A DNA stretch of 64,000 nt from Myxococcota bacterium (GTDB lineage: Bacteria > Myxococcota_A > UBA9160 > UBA6930): positions 864,001-928,000 of the forward strand of contig OZ245015.1 in the NCBI GenBank assembly GCA_965223705.1, written 5' to 3'. How positions within the stretch are numbered: the first letter of the stretch is position 1; each line of letters opens with the position of its first letter. Below, piece after piece: positions 47,540 through 55,912 of this stretch. Both the position numbers and the translations under genes were made by a program. Under the pieces are notes generated by a model that ran no database searches, was not told where the DNA came from, and was given only the letters and a program-made list of their open reading frames with translations.

Positions 47540-48445
47540 ATTCCCAACACCTTGGTGCACCTGGCGATTCAGGGGCTCAGCGGAAAGCCGTGGCTCGCGA
47601 GCGGAGATCTGCGCTGGCTCGCCCTCGGGACGATCGTCCCGGATCTGCCCTGGATCCTCCAGAGAGCCCTCCGGACCCTCGCAGAGCCGGATCTCATCGC
47701 TTTGCGCGCCTATTGCGTCGGTCAGTCCTCCCTGCTCCTGAGTTGGGTGCTGTGCGCGGCCCTGGCGTTGTTGGCGCCCCGCCCAGGGCGGGCCTTCGGC
47801 TGGCTTGCGAGTGCTACAGCCGTCCACCTCGTCCTCGACGCGGTCCAGCACAAATGGGGGAACGCCGTCTTGTTCCTGGCACCGTTTTCGTGGGCGAGCC
47901 CGCAGTTCGGATGGTTTTGGCCCGAGAACCCGGTCGTCGCGTTGCTGTCGATTGCGGGGGTCGGGACGGCGATCCTGCTGCGGAGGGGAGATCCCCCGGG
48001 GCCACTGCGGCCTGCCGTACCGCGGCTTGCAGGAGCGTTGTTGTTGTTCGCCCTGTACGCGGTTCTGCCCTTTTCCATGATCTCGTCTGCGATCAGCTCG
48101 AACGTGCACTACCTCGACGTGTTACGCGAGCCTGGGACACGTCCCGGGCATCCCATCGCCTTCGATCGCGTCGACTACCGCGCGACACCGGGCCGCGGCG
48201 CGGAGATCCGCGCCTGGAATGGCGAGATATTTCGGGTCTCCGAGGGAGGACCGCCGAGCAGCGCCATGCTCTCCCTGAAGGGGCGCTTCGAAGCGCCGGA
48301 CGTCATCGAGATCGAGGCCTACCACCGCCACCACCCGTACGCCCGGCAAGTCGCCTCCCTCATTGGCCTGGCGCTCGTCGCGTGGATCGCGATTCCGTTT
48401 CCAGGCCGAAGCCGGCCGCGAGAAGCCCTACACTCCGCGCCATGA
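47540..48445 (+). CDS. Membrane protein, metal-dependent hydrolase-like; start probably ATT
   Basis: PNTLVH, PDLPW, HLVLDA motifs, several TM helices; ends overlapping the next ATG (ATGA). Confidence 0.6.
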   Translation: MPNTLVHLAIQGLSGKPWLASGDLRWLALGTIVPDLPWILQRALRTLAEPDLIALRAYCVGQSSLLLSWVLCAALALLAPRPGRAFGWLASATAVHLVLDAVQHKWGNAVLFLAPFSWASPQFGWFWPENPVVALLSIAGVGTAILLRRGDPPGPLRPAVPRLAGALLLFALYAVLPFSMISSAISSNVHYLDVLREPGTRPGHPIAFDRVDYRATPGRGAEIRAWNGEIFRVSEGGPPSSAMLSLKGRFEAPDVIEIEAYHRHHPYARQVASLIGLALVAWIAIPFPGRSRPREALHSAP

Positions 48446-48660
48446 AGATCTCGATCACTTACTGCGTTCGGTGAAACTACCTGCCCGAGGCGACCCGTGT
48501 GGCCGCCGAGATTGAGTCCGTCACCGGGACGGCGCCGGAACTGATTCCCGGCGGGAGCGGTGTGTTCGACGTCGTTCGAGACGGTGAGCGTCTGTATGCC
48601 AAGTCCGAGACCGGGCGCTTCCCGAAGCCCGGAGAGCTCGCGGAGATCATCGAAGGCTAG
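48442..48660 (+). CDS. SelW/SelT/SelH (Rdx) family selenoprotein with CxxU
   Basis: MKISITYCVR-U(TGA 48472-48474)-NYLPEA...GGSGVFDV..DG..LYAKSETGRFP; the frame ends at TAG 48660, directly before the next ATG. Confidence 0.9.
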
Positions 48661-49695
48661 ATGAAGTTCGGGCTGCTGCTGCTCCTGCAAGATCCTCCCA
48701 ACGGAGAACGGATCGCTGCGCTCTACGACGAGGTATTCGAGGCCGCCGAGGCCGCGGAGCGCGTCGGGTTCGACGGCCTCTTCGTCCCCGAACACCATCA
48801 GATGCCCGACGGCTACATGCCTCAACCGCTCACGTTCGCGGCGGCGCTGGCGGCGCGTACGACGCGCATGGAAATCGGAACGGCCATTCTCCAGCTCCCG
48901 CTCTTCCACCCGCTCCACGTCGCGGAACAAGGCGCGGTGATCGACAACGTGTGCAAGGGAAGGTTCATCCTCGGCGCGGGCCTCGGCCTGGTCGAGCAAG
49001 AGTTTGACGCTTTTGGCCTGCGGGTTTCGGACGCGGTTTCGCGTTTTGAGGAATCGGTAGCGATCCTGCGCGAGGCGTGGTCTGGAGCTTCGTTTTCCCA
49101 CGACGGCAAACACTTCGCGTTCCGCGACGTGACCGTGACGCCGCGTCCGATGCGCCCGCCGCCGGTTTGGGTCGGCGCGATGTCCGAGCCCAGCCTGGCG
49201 CGCGCGGGACGCATCGCCGACGGATGGCTTTCCGATCCCCTCCACAACTTCGAAGTCATGAAGGCGTGGGCGGATCTTTACCGCTCCGGGGCCTCTGCCG
49301 CCGGCAACCGGCGCACCGAAGTCGCAATCGTGCGCGATGCCTGGGTCGGGGAAAGCGAAGCGGAAGTCGAACGGGTCTGGTGGCCCCACGTTCGCGAGTT
49401 CCACTTGTTTTACTTGAACCTCGGCTTCTTCTCGTCGGGCCGTTTCAATTCGAAGTGGGAGCCGTGGGTCACCGAGGTGCAAGACGACGACGATTGGACC
49501 TACGAACGAGTCGCACCCGGCCGCCTGCTCGCGGGGTCGGCCTTTCAGGTGATCGAACACCTCAAACGCTACGAACGCGAAGTCGACCCCCAGTATATGA
49601 TCATGATCTTGCGGCACCCCGGCGGTCCGAGCCACGAAGAGACGCTGCGCTGCATCGACCGTTTTGGCCGCGAGGTCTTGCCGCATTTCCGGTAG
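48661..49695 (+). CDS. LLM-class flavin-dependent oxidoreductase
   Basis: AERVGFD..FVPEHH, IGTAILQLPL.HPL..AE, PPVWVG. Confidence 0.9.
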   Translation: MKFGLLLLLQDPPNGERIAALYDEVFEAAEAAERVGFDGLFVPEHHQMPDGYMPQPLTFAAALAARTTRMEIGTAILQLPLFHPLHVAEQGAVIDNVCKGRFILGAGLGLVEQEFDAFGLRVSDAVSRFEESVAILREAWSGASFSHDGKHFAFRDVTVTPRPMRPPPVWVGAMSEPSLARAGRIADGWLSDPLHNFEVMKAWADLYRSGASAAGNRRTEVAIVRDAWVGESEAEVERVWWPHVREFHLFYLNLGFFSSGRFNSKWEPWVTEVQDDDDWTYERVAPGRLLAGSAFQVIEHLKRYEREVDPQYMIMILRHPGGPSHEETLRCIDRFGREVLPHFR

Positions 49696-49720
49696 AACCG
49701 AAGGCACTAAAGGAGAATCC

Positions 49721-50536
49721 ATGAAACCCTCGACACATCGAGCGAGTCGCCTTTCCCGCCTGCGCGCATGGGTTGCGCTGGTGAGCGTGTCGTTGCTGGC
49801 GAGCGCTTGCGTCGTTATCGAAGACGGGGAAGTCGGCGTTTCGAAAAGCTTCGGCTCGATCAACGACACGCCTGTTTCCGAAGGCGTCACGTACGTCTTG
49901 CCCATCGCCCGCCAGATCGAGCGTTGGAACGTCAAGCTGCAGGAGCTGAAAGAGACGGCGACAGTCCCCTCCTCAGAGGGCTTGATCGTCGGCCTCGACA
50001 CGTCGTTGCTGTTTCAGGTTCAACCCGACTCCGCGCCGATTATCCGGAAAACCGTCGGACGAGCCTACGTCGAGCGACTGGTGGTGCCTTACTTCCGCAA
50101 CGCTTTGCGAGACGTCGTCGCCGGCTATCCCGTTCGAAACATCTACTCGGAGACGGGCCGTAAGGAGATCGCCTCGCGTATCCGCGGCTTTCTCGAAGAG
50201 AACCTCGGATCGCGCGGCATCCAGGTGGTCGACGTTCTCTTGCGCGACGTCAAACTACCGGAACGTTTCCGCGAGAGTATCGAAGCGAAGCTCACCGCCG
50301 AGCAGCGTGTTCAGCAAAAGCAGTTCGAGCTCGAGCAAGCGAAGAAAGAGGCCGAGATCGAAGTCGCCCGCGCGGAAGGTGCCGCGAAAGCACAGGCGAT
50401 CATTCGAGAAACGCTCTCGGACTCCTACCTGCAATACCTGTGGATTCAGACGCTGAACGAGAATCCGAACGTCATTTACGTGGCGACCGAGGCGAACCTT
50501 CCGATCTTCAAGGGGGTCGGCGGCGGGCCGAAGTAG
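49721..50536 (+). CDS. SPFH/prohibitin (band 7) family protein
   Basis: AAGGAG SD, N-terminal anchor, VLLRDVKLP, IEAKL.AEQ, AE..VARAEG.AKAQ. Confidence 0.9.
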   Translation: MKPSTHRASRLSRLRAWVALVSVSLLASACVVIEDGEVGVSKSFGSINDTPVSEGVTYVLPIARQIERWNVKLQELKETATVPSSEGLIVGLDTSLLFQVQPDSAPIIRKTVGRAYVERLVVPYFRNALRDVVAGYPVRNIYSETGRKEIASRIRGFLEENLGSRGIQVVDVLLRDVKLPERFRESIEAKLTAEQRVQQKQFELEQAKKEAEIEVARAEGAAKAQAIIRETLSDSYLQYLWIQTLNENPNVIYVATEANLPIFKGVGGGPK

Positions 50537-50542
50537 CGGCGT

Positions 50543-50905
50543 CTACTCCTGGTCCATGGCGGTCCAGACTTCGTCGAGGATCCGCAAGCCGCTCACAGCA
50601 GCGGGCCAGCCCGCATAGTGTGCGATGTGAGTCAGCACCTCCTCGAGCTTTTCACGGGGAATGCCCAAGTTGCGCGCGCCGCGGAAGTGGATGCGCTGTT
50701 CCGCTTCGCGCCCGAGCGCAACGAGGACCGTGCATGTGATGAGCGAACGCTCTTCGATCGCGAGCGCGTCGCCCTGCCACACATCGCCGAACAAATGCTC
50801 GAGCGTCATCTTGCCAAACCGGTCGGGCAGCTTGCCGCCGGTCTTGTGCCCCGCGAGTAGCCTGCCGAGTGTCTTTTTGCCGAGGTCGAGTTTGCTGTCT
50901 GCCAT
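50543..50905 (-). CDS. Carboxymuconolactone decarboxylase family protein
   Basis: LFGDVW, ERSLIT..L.ALG, H.RGA.N.G, HYAGWP. Confidence 0.9.
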   Translation of the reverse strand: MADSKLDLGKKTLGRLLAGHKTGGKLPDRFGKMTLEHLFGDVWQGDALAIEERSLITCTVLVALGREAEQRIHFRGARNLGIPREKLEEVLTHIAHYAGWPAAVSGLRILDEVWTAMDQE

Positions 50906-50916
50906 AGCGCTCGACC

Positions 50917-51699
50917 CTACCACGTGACTCGGGTGCGGGTGAAGTAATCGATCATGTCGTTGACCTGGTTCGGGACGATGAGTTGATTGAAGTGGCCCGC
51001 TCCTGCAGTCTGCGCGTTGACGACGCCCGGAAGCGCCGCGGCCATGTCCGCTTGGCGATTGAGTGGCGGATCGCCAGCGATGTGAAGGGCAGGTACGTTG
51101 CACTTCGCGGCCGCCGCATTTCCGTCGAAGGCGAGAATTCCCCGCCCGCAACCGATCGTCACGTGCGTCGGAGCCGACGTCATCTCCTCGGTCACCCGAT
51201 CGCGCAGGGCGGCGTCGTCTTCCGGGCGAAAGAGCACACCGGAAACGAAATCCCGGTGGGGCTTCGGGTCGCCCGCCTCGAGCGCCTGAAGGACCGCGTC
51301 CATTCCCTGACGCATGGCTTCGGGGAATTTGAGTGGCGCCGGGTCGACCATCACGATGCCGCGCACCGCATCGGGATGTGCGGCCGCGAGGGCGAGGACG
51401 GTCAGTCCTCCCATCGAATGGCCCACGGCCACCGGGCGATCCAGGCCGAGTTCGCGGATGACGAACGCCACATCGTCGGCGAATCCTTCGATCGGGTAGG
51501 CGCCTTCGGGCTTGTCGCTGTCGCCGTGGCCGCGAAGATCGACGGAGACCGCGCGGTATCCCGCCTTGACGACGTACTCCGCTTGGGGCGCGAAGTAGCG
51601 GTGATTGCAAGTCCAGCCGTGGACAAAGACGAAGCAGCGCTCGCCTTCTCCGATGTCTTGGTACGCGAGCCGGACGCCGTCGCGAACTACGTGAGCCAT
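50917..51699 (-). CDS. Alpha/beta hydrolase
   Basis: VFVHGW, DLRGHGDS, GHSMGG, GHF. Confidence 0.93.
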   Translation of the reverse strand: MAHVVRDGVRLAYQDIGEGERCFVFVHGWTCNHRYFAPQAEYVVKAGYRAVSVDLRGHGDSDKPEGAYPIEGFADDVAFVIRELGLDRPVAVGHSMGGLTVLALAAAHPDAVRGIVMVDPAPLKFPEAMRQGMDAVLQALEAGDPKPHRDFVSGVLFRPEDDAALRDRVTEEMTSAPTHVTIGCGRGILAFDGNAAAAKCNVPALHIAGDPPLNRQADMAAALPGVVNAQTAGAGHFNQLIVPNQVNDMIDYFTRTRVTW

Positions 51700-51731
51700 G
51701 GGAAACCTCCGTCGTCGATAGGGGAGCTAGC

Positions 51732-52538
51732 TTACCCGGAGCGCTCCGGGCTGGCTTCGAGAAACGCCGCAACCTCGCGGTTCCACGCTCCCGGATCCTC
51801 GAAGTACGGCGAGTGGCCCGAACCGGCGATGACGACGACGCGCGAGTCCCTGAAGGTCGCCGCGACTTCTCGGATGGCATCAGGGGGAAACAGGCGATCT
51901 CGGTCGCCGACGACAAGCAGCACCGGCATGTCGAGGGCGCGGACCGCTTCGACGTCGACCTCGGTGCGGAGCAGGGCGGGCACAATGCGTGGCGTGTCGG
52001 GCTCCCCGAACTGACCCAGGGCTTGGTACAAGTACGCGCGCGCGAGGTCGTTCTCGGCAAGTGCCGGGTCGATCGCGGGATGTTGTCCGAGCACTTCCGA
52101 AGGTGCCAAGCTCGGGCCGTTCGCAGCGGCGAGAAGCTCGTGGCTCGCTTCGCACGGAATGCCGCCGGGCGTGTCGGCGAGCACCAACCGGCGCACGCGC
52201 TTCGGCGACCGGAGGGCCAGCCCGAGCGCCGTCCAGCCCCCCATCGATTGACCGACAATGTCGGTTTGCTCGATGTCCAAATGATCGAGGACAGCCGTTA
52301 CGTCGCGAACCGCGAGCTCGGGTGTCGTGTGCGTGCGTGTCGCGGTGGATCGTCCGTAGCCGCGATGATCCCAGACGATGACGCGTCGCTGTTTCGCGAA
52401 GTGCGCGACTTGCTGGTACCAGACGGCGTGGTTGCCACCCGCACCGTGGCAAAGGACGAGCGGAGGCCCTTCGCCGAGCGCTTCCCAGTAAATGCGCTCC
52501 CCGTCGTGATCGAGAAATCCCGCAGCCCGGTGTGTCAT
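51732..52538 (-). CDS. Alpha/beta hydrolase
   Basis: CHGAGG, DHRGYGRS, GQSMGG, GHSPYFE. Confidence 0.93.
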   Translation of the reverse strand: MTHRAAGFLDHDGERIYWEALGEGPPLVLCHGAGGNHAVWYQQVAHFAKQRRVIVWDHRGYGRSTATRTHTTPELAVRDVTAVLDHLDIEQTDIVGQSMGGWTALGLALRSPKRVRRLVLADTPGGIPCEASHELLAAANGPSLAPSEVLGQHPAIDPALAENDLARAYLYQALGQFGEPDTPRIVPALLRTEVDVEAVRALDMPVLLVVGDRDRLFPPDAIREVAATFRDSRVVVIAGSGHSPYFEDPGAWNREVAAFLEASPERSG

Positions 52539-52600
52539 GAGACTGTGACCGAGCATACAGCTTCGCTCCGTCGGCGGGCGCGAGAATATTCGAGAGAGAA

Positions 52601-52879
52601 ATGGGCCGACGACCGACCGAGCAAGCGGATTCCGACTCGAGGCGCGCCCTCGAGGAGCGCTTCTTGCGCTGGGTGGCGCGCAACGGCCGCGGGTCGAAAC
52701 CGGGTGCCCCAGCGCTCGATCAGCTCACGGAGACCTTTGCCGCTATTGCCCGCTCTGGGGGCTTGTGCGGCGAGCTCGAGCCTCTCTCCGACGACGAGTT
52801 CGCGCGGGAGCTTCTCGCGCTCCACGCACTACGGGAATCGGGAGAGCCGTTGCGTCTTTCGGGAAGCGAAGGGGACTAG
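52601..52879 (+). CDS. Small hypothetical protein
   Basis: ATG after a purine-rich stretch; helical-looking 92-aa ORF filling the intergenic gap. Confidence 0.4.
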   Translation: MGRRPTEQADSDSRRALEERFLRWVARNGRGSKPGAPALDQLTETFAAIARSGGLCGELEPLSDDEFARELLALHALRESGEPLRLSGSEGD

Positions 52880-53562
52880 CGGCGGCGGCGAGCGGCCGCG
52901 CCGCAACCGACTAGACCGAGACCGATCATCAACGCAGTGCCCGGCTCAGGGGTCGGCACCGTCGCCATTCCCGGAGAGGCCGCCGCTAGCGACAGATCGG
53001 TGTGTCGGACGATATCGCCGTTCATGTTGCGAACGAACGACTCGCCGGGGAATGCGAGAGGAGTCTCGAAAGAATCGACGACCGTCATGCCGTCGCGGAG
53101 TTGGAACACGTCTCCGGTGTTCGTCGCGCAAAGTTCGCAACCGGAAGTGTCGCCGTTCACGATGGCTGCGGCGCTCGCCGTGAAGGCGCCCAGGTTCGCG
53201 CTGTTGCCGAAGATGACGAAGTAATCCCCCGCCCCGAGCACGAACGAGCTATCGAACCGATATCGGAAGGTGGGATTCGAGGCGTCCCAGAGTTCGAGAC
53301 CCTGAAGGTCGACCGCGGAGCCGCTGCTGTTCCAGATCTCGACGAACTCGTCGCCGGAGAGGTGGAGGAAGCTGTTGTCGTTGACGCCGTCGTTGTTCGA
53401 ATCGAAGGGGGTATCTCCGATGTCGGGATCGCCTGGGTTCGCAAGCACTTCGTTGATTACGATGCCGGCGAAGCTCATCGCAGAACTCGGGAGGGTCGAC
53501 ACGCTCAGGGTGAGAGCGGCGCCCGCGGCGAGCATCAGCAGTGTCCGAAAGCGAGGCTTCAT
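52876..53562 (-). CDS. Lamin-tail-domain protein with PEP-CTERM sorting signal
   Basis: IVINEVLANP, DEFVEIWN..S.VDL.G, C-terminal TPEPGTALMIGLGLVG..ARRRR. Confidence 0.88.
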   Translation of the reverse strand: MKPRFRTLLMLAAGAALTLSVSTLPSSAMSFAGIVINEVLANPGDPDIGDTPFDSNNDGVNDNSFLHLSGDEFVEIWNSSGSAVDLQGLELWDASNPTFRYRFDSSFVLGAGDYFVIFGNSANLGAFTASAAAIVNGDTSGCELCATNTGDVFQLRDGMTVVDSFETPLAFPGESFVRNMNGDIVRHTDLSLAAASPGMATVPTPEPGTALMIGLGLVGCGAAARRRR

Positions 53563-53757
53563 CGATCAAATCTCCACAGCGGCGCAGTCCGCCCAAGACG
53601 TACGTCCGCGACGGGTCTATTTTGACGCATCGCAGAGGTTCTTGGAAGGTTGTTGCCACAGAGGGCGAAAGGTGGCACAAAAAGGCGCCGCACCTCCGAC
53701 GGGCCGATCACCAGCCGGCAACTTGTCCAACAATCCATCGATAGCAAAGGGGAAACG

Positions 53758-54798
53758 GTGACTCCTGTCCGACTGAGCGTGCTCGACCAGTCGCCTGTCC
53801 GCCGGGGCTCGAACGCAGCGACCGCCTTGCGAGAGACGGTGGCTCTCGCCGAACACTGCGACGCGCTGGGCTACGAGCGGTTTTGGGTCGCGGAGCACCA
53901 CAATCTGCCCGGGTTCGCCGGGACGAGCCCCGAGGTCCTCATCGGGGAGATCGCGTCGCGGACCCGGGGCATTCGAGTCGGGAGCGGCGGCGTGATGTTG
54001 CCCCACTACAGTGCGCTTCACGTCGCCGAGGGATTTCGCGTGCTGGAAGCGCTGCATCCGGGTCGAATCGATCTGGGCCTCGGCCGCGCGCCGGGAAGTG
54101 ACCCGCTGACGGCGGCCGCGCTCGCTCACCCCGGCGGGCAACGCGACGTCGCAACGTATCCCGAGCAGGTCGACACCCTCCTGGCCTATTTGGGTGCCGG
54201 GTTGCCCGCTTCTCATCCCTTCGCCCGAGTGAAAGCCGCTCCCACGGACGGGAGTGCCCCGCAGGTATGGCTCCTGGGCTCCGGGATCGATTCGGCCCTG
54301 TTGGCCGCCGAGCGCGGGTTGCCCTTCGCGTTCGCGCATTTCTTCGCGTCGTCGCTCGAATACGCCCCCGCCATCGTCGACGCGTACCGGAAACACTATC
54401 GCCCCTCGGACCACTGGCCGGCCCCCCGACTCTTGCTCGCCGTAAGCGTGATTTGCGCGCCCACGGAGGAGGAGGCGGTCGATCTGTCGGGTAGCCTGGG
54501 GCTCGCGCGGCTGCTCCTCGCTCGGGGTCGCCCCGAGGCGATCGCGTCGGTGGACGAGGCGCGTTCCTACCCGTACACGCCGGAAGAACGGGCCTTTGTC
54601 GACTCCTTTCGATCTGCCTGTGTCCTCACGACGCCCGATGCCGTCGCCGCGGCACTGGGTCGCATGGTCGACGAATTCGGCGCGGATGAGATCGCCGCGG
54701 TGACGGTCTGCCACGATTTCGACGCCCGAAAACGCTCCTACAGCTACCTCGCCGAAGCTTGCGGCCTCTCGCGACGGAGGAATCCCACCGAAACGTGA
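53758..54798 (+). CDS. LLM-class oxidoreductase (luciferase-like)
   Basis: LSVLDQSP, FWVAEHH, IRVGSGGVMLPHYS, GRIDLGLGRAPG. Confidence 0.93.
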   Translation: MTPVRLSVLDQSPVRRGSNAATALRETVALAEHCDALGYERFWVAEHHNLPGFAGTSPEVLIGEIASRTRGIRVGSGGVMLPHYSALHVAEGFRVLEALHPGRIDLGLGRAPGSDPLTAAALAHPGGQRDVATYPEQVDTLLAYLGAGLPASHPFARVKAAPTDGSAPQVWLLGSGIDSALLAAERGLPFAFAHFFASSLEYAPAIVDAYRKHYRPSDHWPAPRLLLAVSVICAPTEEEAVDLSGSLGLARLLLARGRPEAIASVDEARSYPYTPEERAFVDSFRSACVLTTPDAVAAALGRMVDEFGADEIAAVTVCHDFDARKRSYSYLAEACGLSRRRNPTET

Positions 54799-54861
54799 CC
54801 TCCGTAACAGTTTCACCCCACCGCAACGTCTAGTCTGTCCCTGGTTGGCGGACACGAGTGG

Positions 54862-55128
54862 TTGGGGGGATCGCCTGTGGAAACGCAACAGCAAACCCGT
54901 GAGCGACCGTTTCAGTCGTTGACCGGTCATCGACCGAGGCGTGGGAAGCTCGGTCTGTGGACACGGCGGCTCGAGGAACTCCGCGCGACTCACCCGAGTC
55001 CGCCTCAATTTCTCGAGTCCGCCCATCGTCTCCTGCGCTGGAGCGCCATCGAAGACGACGTCGACTTGTACGTCGCGGTCCGCTGCATGATTCACGAACT
55101 CGCCGAGGAGCCCGCCCCGGGAGCGTGA
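54862..55128 (+). CDS. Small hypothetical protein
   Basis: Plausible 88-aa helical ORF; no recognised motif. Confidence 0.35.
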   Translation: MGGSPVETQQQTRERPFQSLTGHRPRRGKLGLWTRRLEELRATHPSPPQFLESAHRLLRWSAIEDDVDLYVAVRCMIHELAEEPAPGA

Positions 55129-55808
55129 GCGACCGCGGGGCCTCTCCGTTGACGTCCCGCGGCGGCGAGTCCGGCCAATCCAATCGCGAGAAGCGCAGCC
55201 GTGTCCGCCTCCGGGGTCAGCACATACTGCTGTTCGATCGCCGAGATCCGCGCACTCCCGCCGAGGTCGGGACCCACGAGAGAGCTGTCGATCAACACGG
55301 TGGTCGTTGCGCGGAAGCCCATCGACGGCCCGAAGGTCTCGGCCGCGAGAACGACGGCGTCGCCGGGAAGACCTCCCGTATCAAAGGTCGAAAGCACAGC
55401 CAGACTGCTGCCCGCTTCGGTGAGAACGACATCCACAGATGCCTGGGCACCCGCGCCGCTCGCGACGTTGTTCGCGAGTAGCGTCGCTCCAACCACGTTT
55501 TCGCTACCCGCCGCAGTCACGTTGTAGGCGAGGAACAGGTCGCCCACTTCTCCATCCGCGCCGGACAGCGGGCCGGTCAGGCGAAAGCCGTCGCCGTCAA
55601 ACGCGACGTCGTAATTCGCGAGGTTCGTACTCAAATCCCCGTTGATCTGAACTTCGAAATCACTGAAGAGCAAACCGCCGGAAGCCACGGCACCGCCGGC
55701 GATCAGTGTGGCGAGGCTGACGGCAGAAGCAGCGGTTGCGAAGGCCAAACCGATGGGGATGGCTAGAAAGAGCGAAAAGAATCTGACGAAGCGAAAGCCG
55801 GCCGTCAT
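55092..55808 (-). CDS. Secreted protein with PEP-CTERM-like sorting signal
   Basis: GAGGAG SD, signal peptide, beta-rich body, TPEADTAALLAIGLAGLAAAGRQRR. Confidence 0.78.
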   Translation of the reverse strand: MTAGFRFVRFFSLFLAIPIGLAFATAASAVSLATLIAGGAVASGGLLFSDFEVQINGDLSTNLANYDVAFDGDGFRLTGPLSGADGEVGDLFLAYNVTAAGSENVVGATLLANNVASGAGAQASVDVVLTEAGSSLAVLSTFDTGGLPGDAVVLAAETFGPSMGFRATTTVLIDSSLVGPDLGGSARISAIEQQYVLTPEADTAALLAIGLAGLAAAGRQRRGPAVAHAPGAGSSASS

Positions 55809-55912
55809 TTCGGGTCTCCTCTTGGCACCGCGTTCGGGGTGCGCTTAGGAGACTGTTTCGGTGTCTCGCGGGCTCGACCGTGTGATCTGGGTCTATCTCT
55901 TCCAGTGACTGT

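Noticed and set aside
53673..53690. TGGCAC as a sigma-54 promoter
   Set aside because: No GC dinucleotide at the required -12 spacing.
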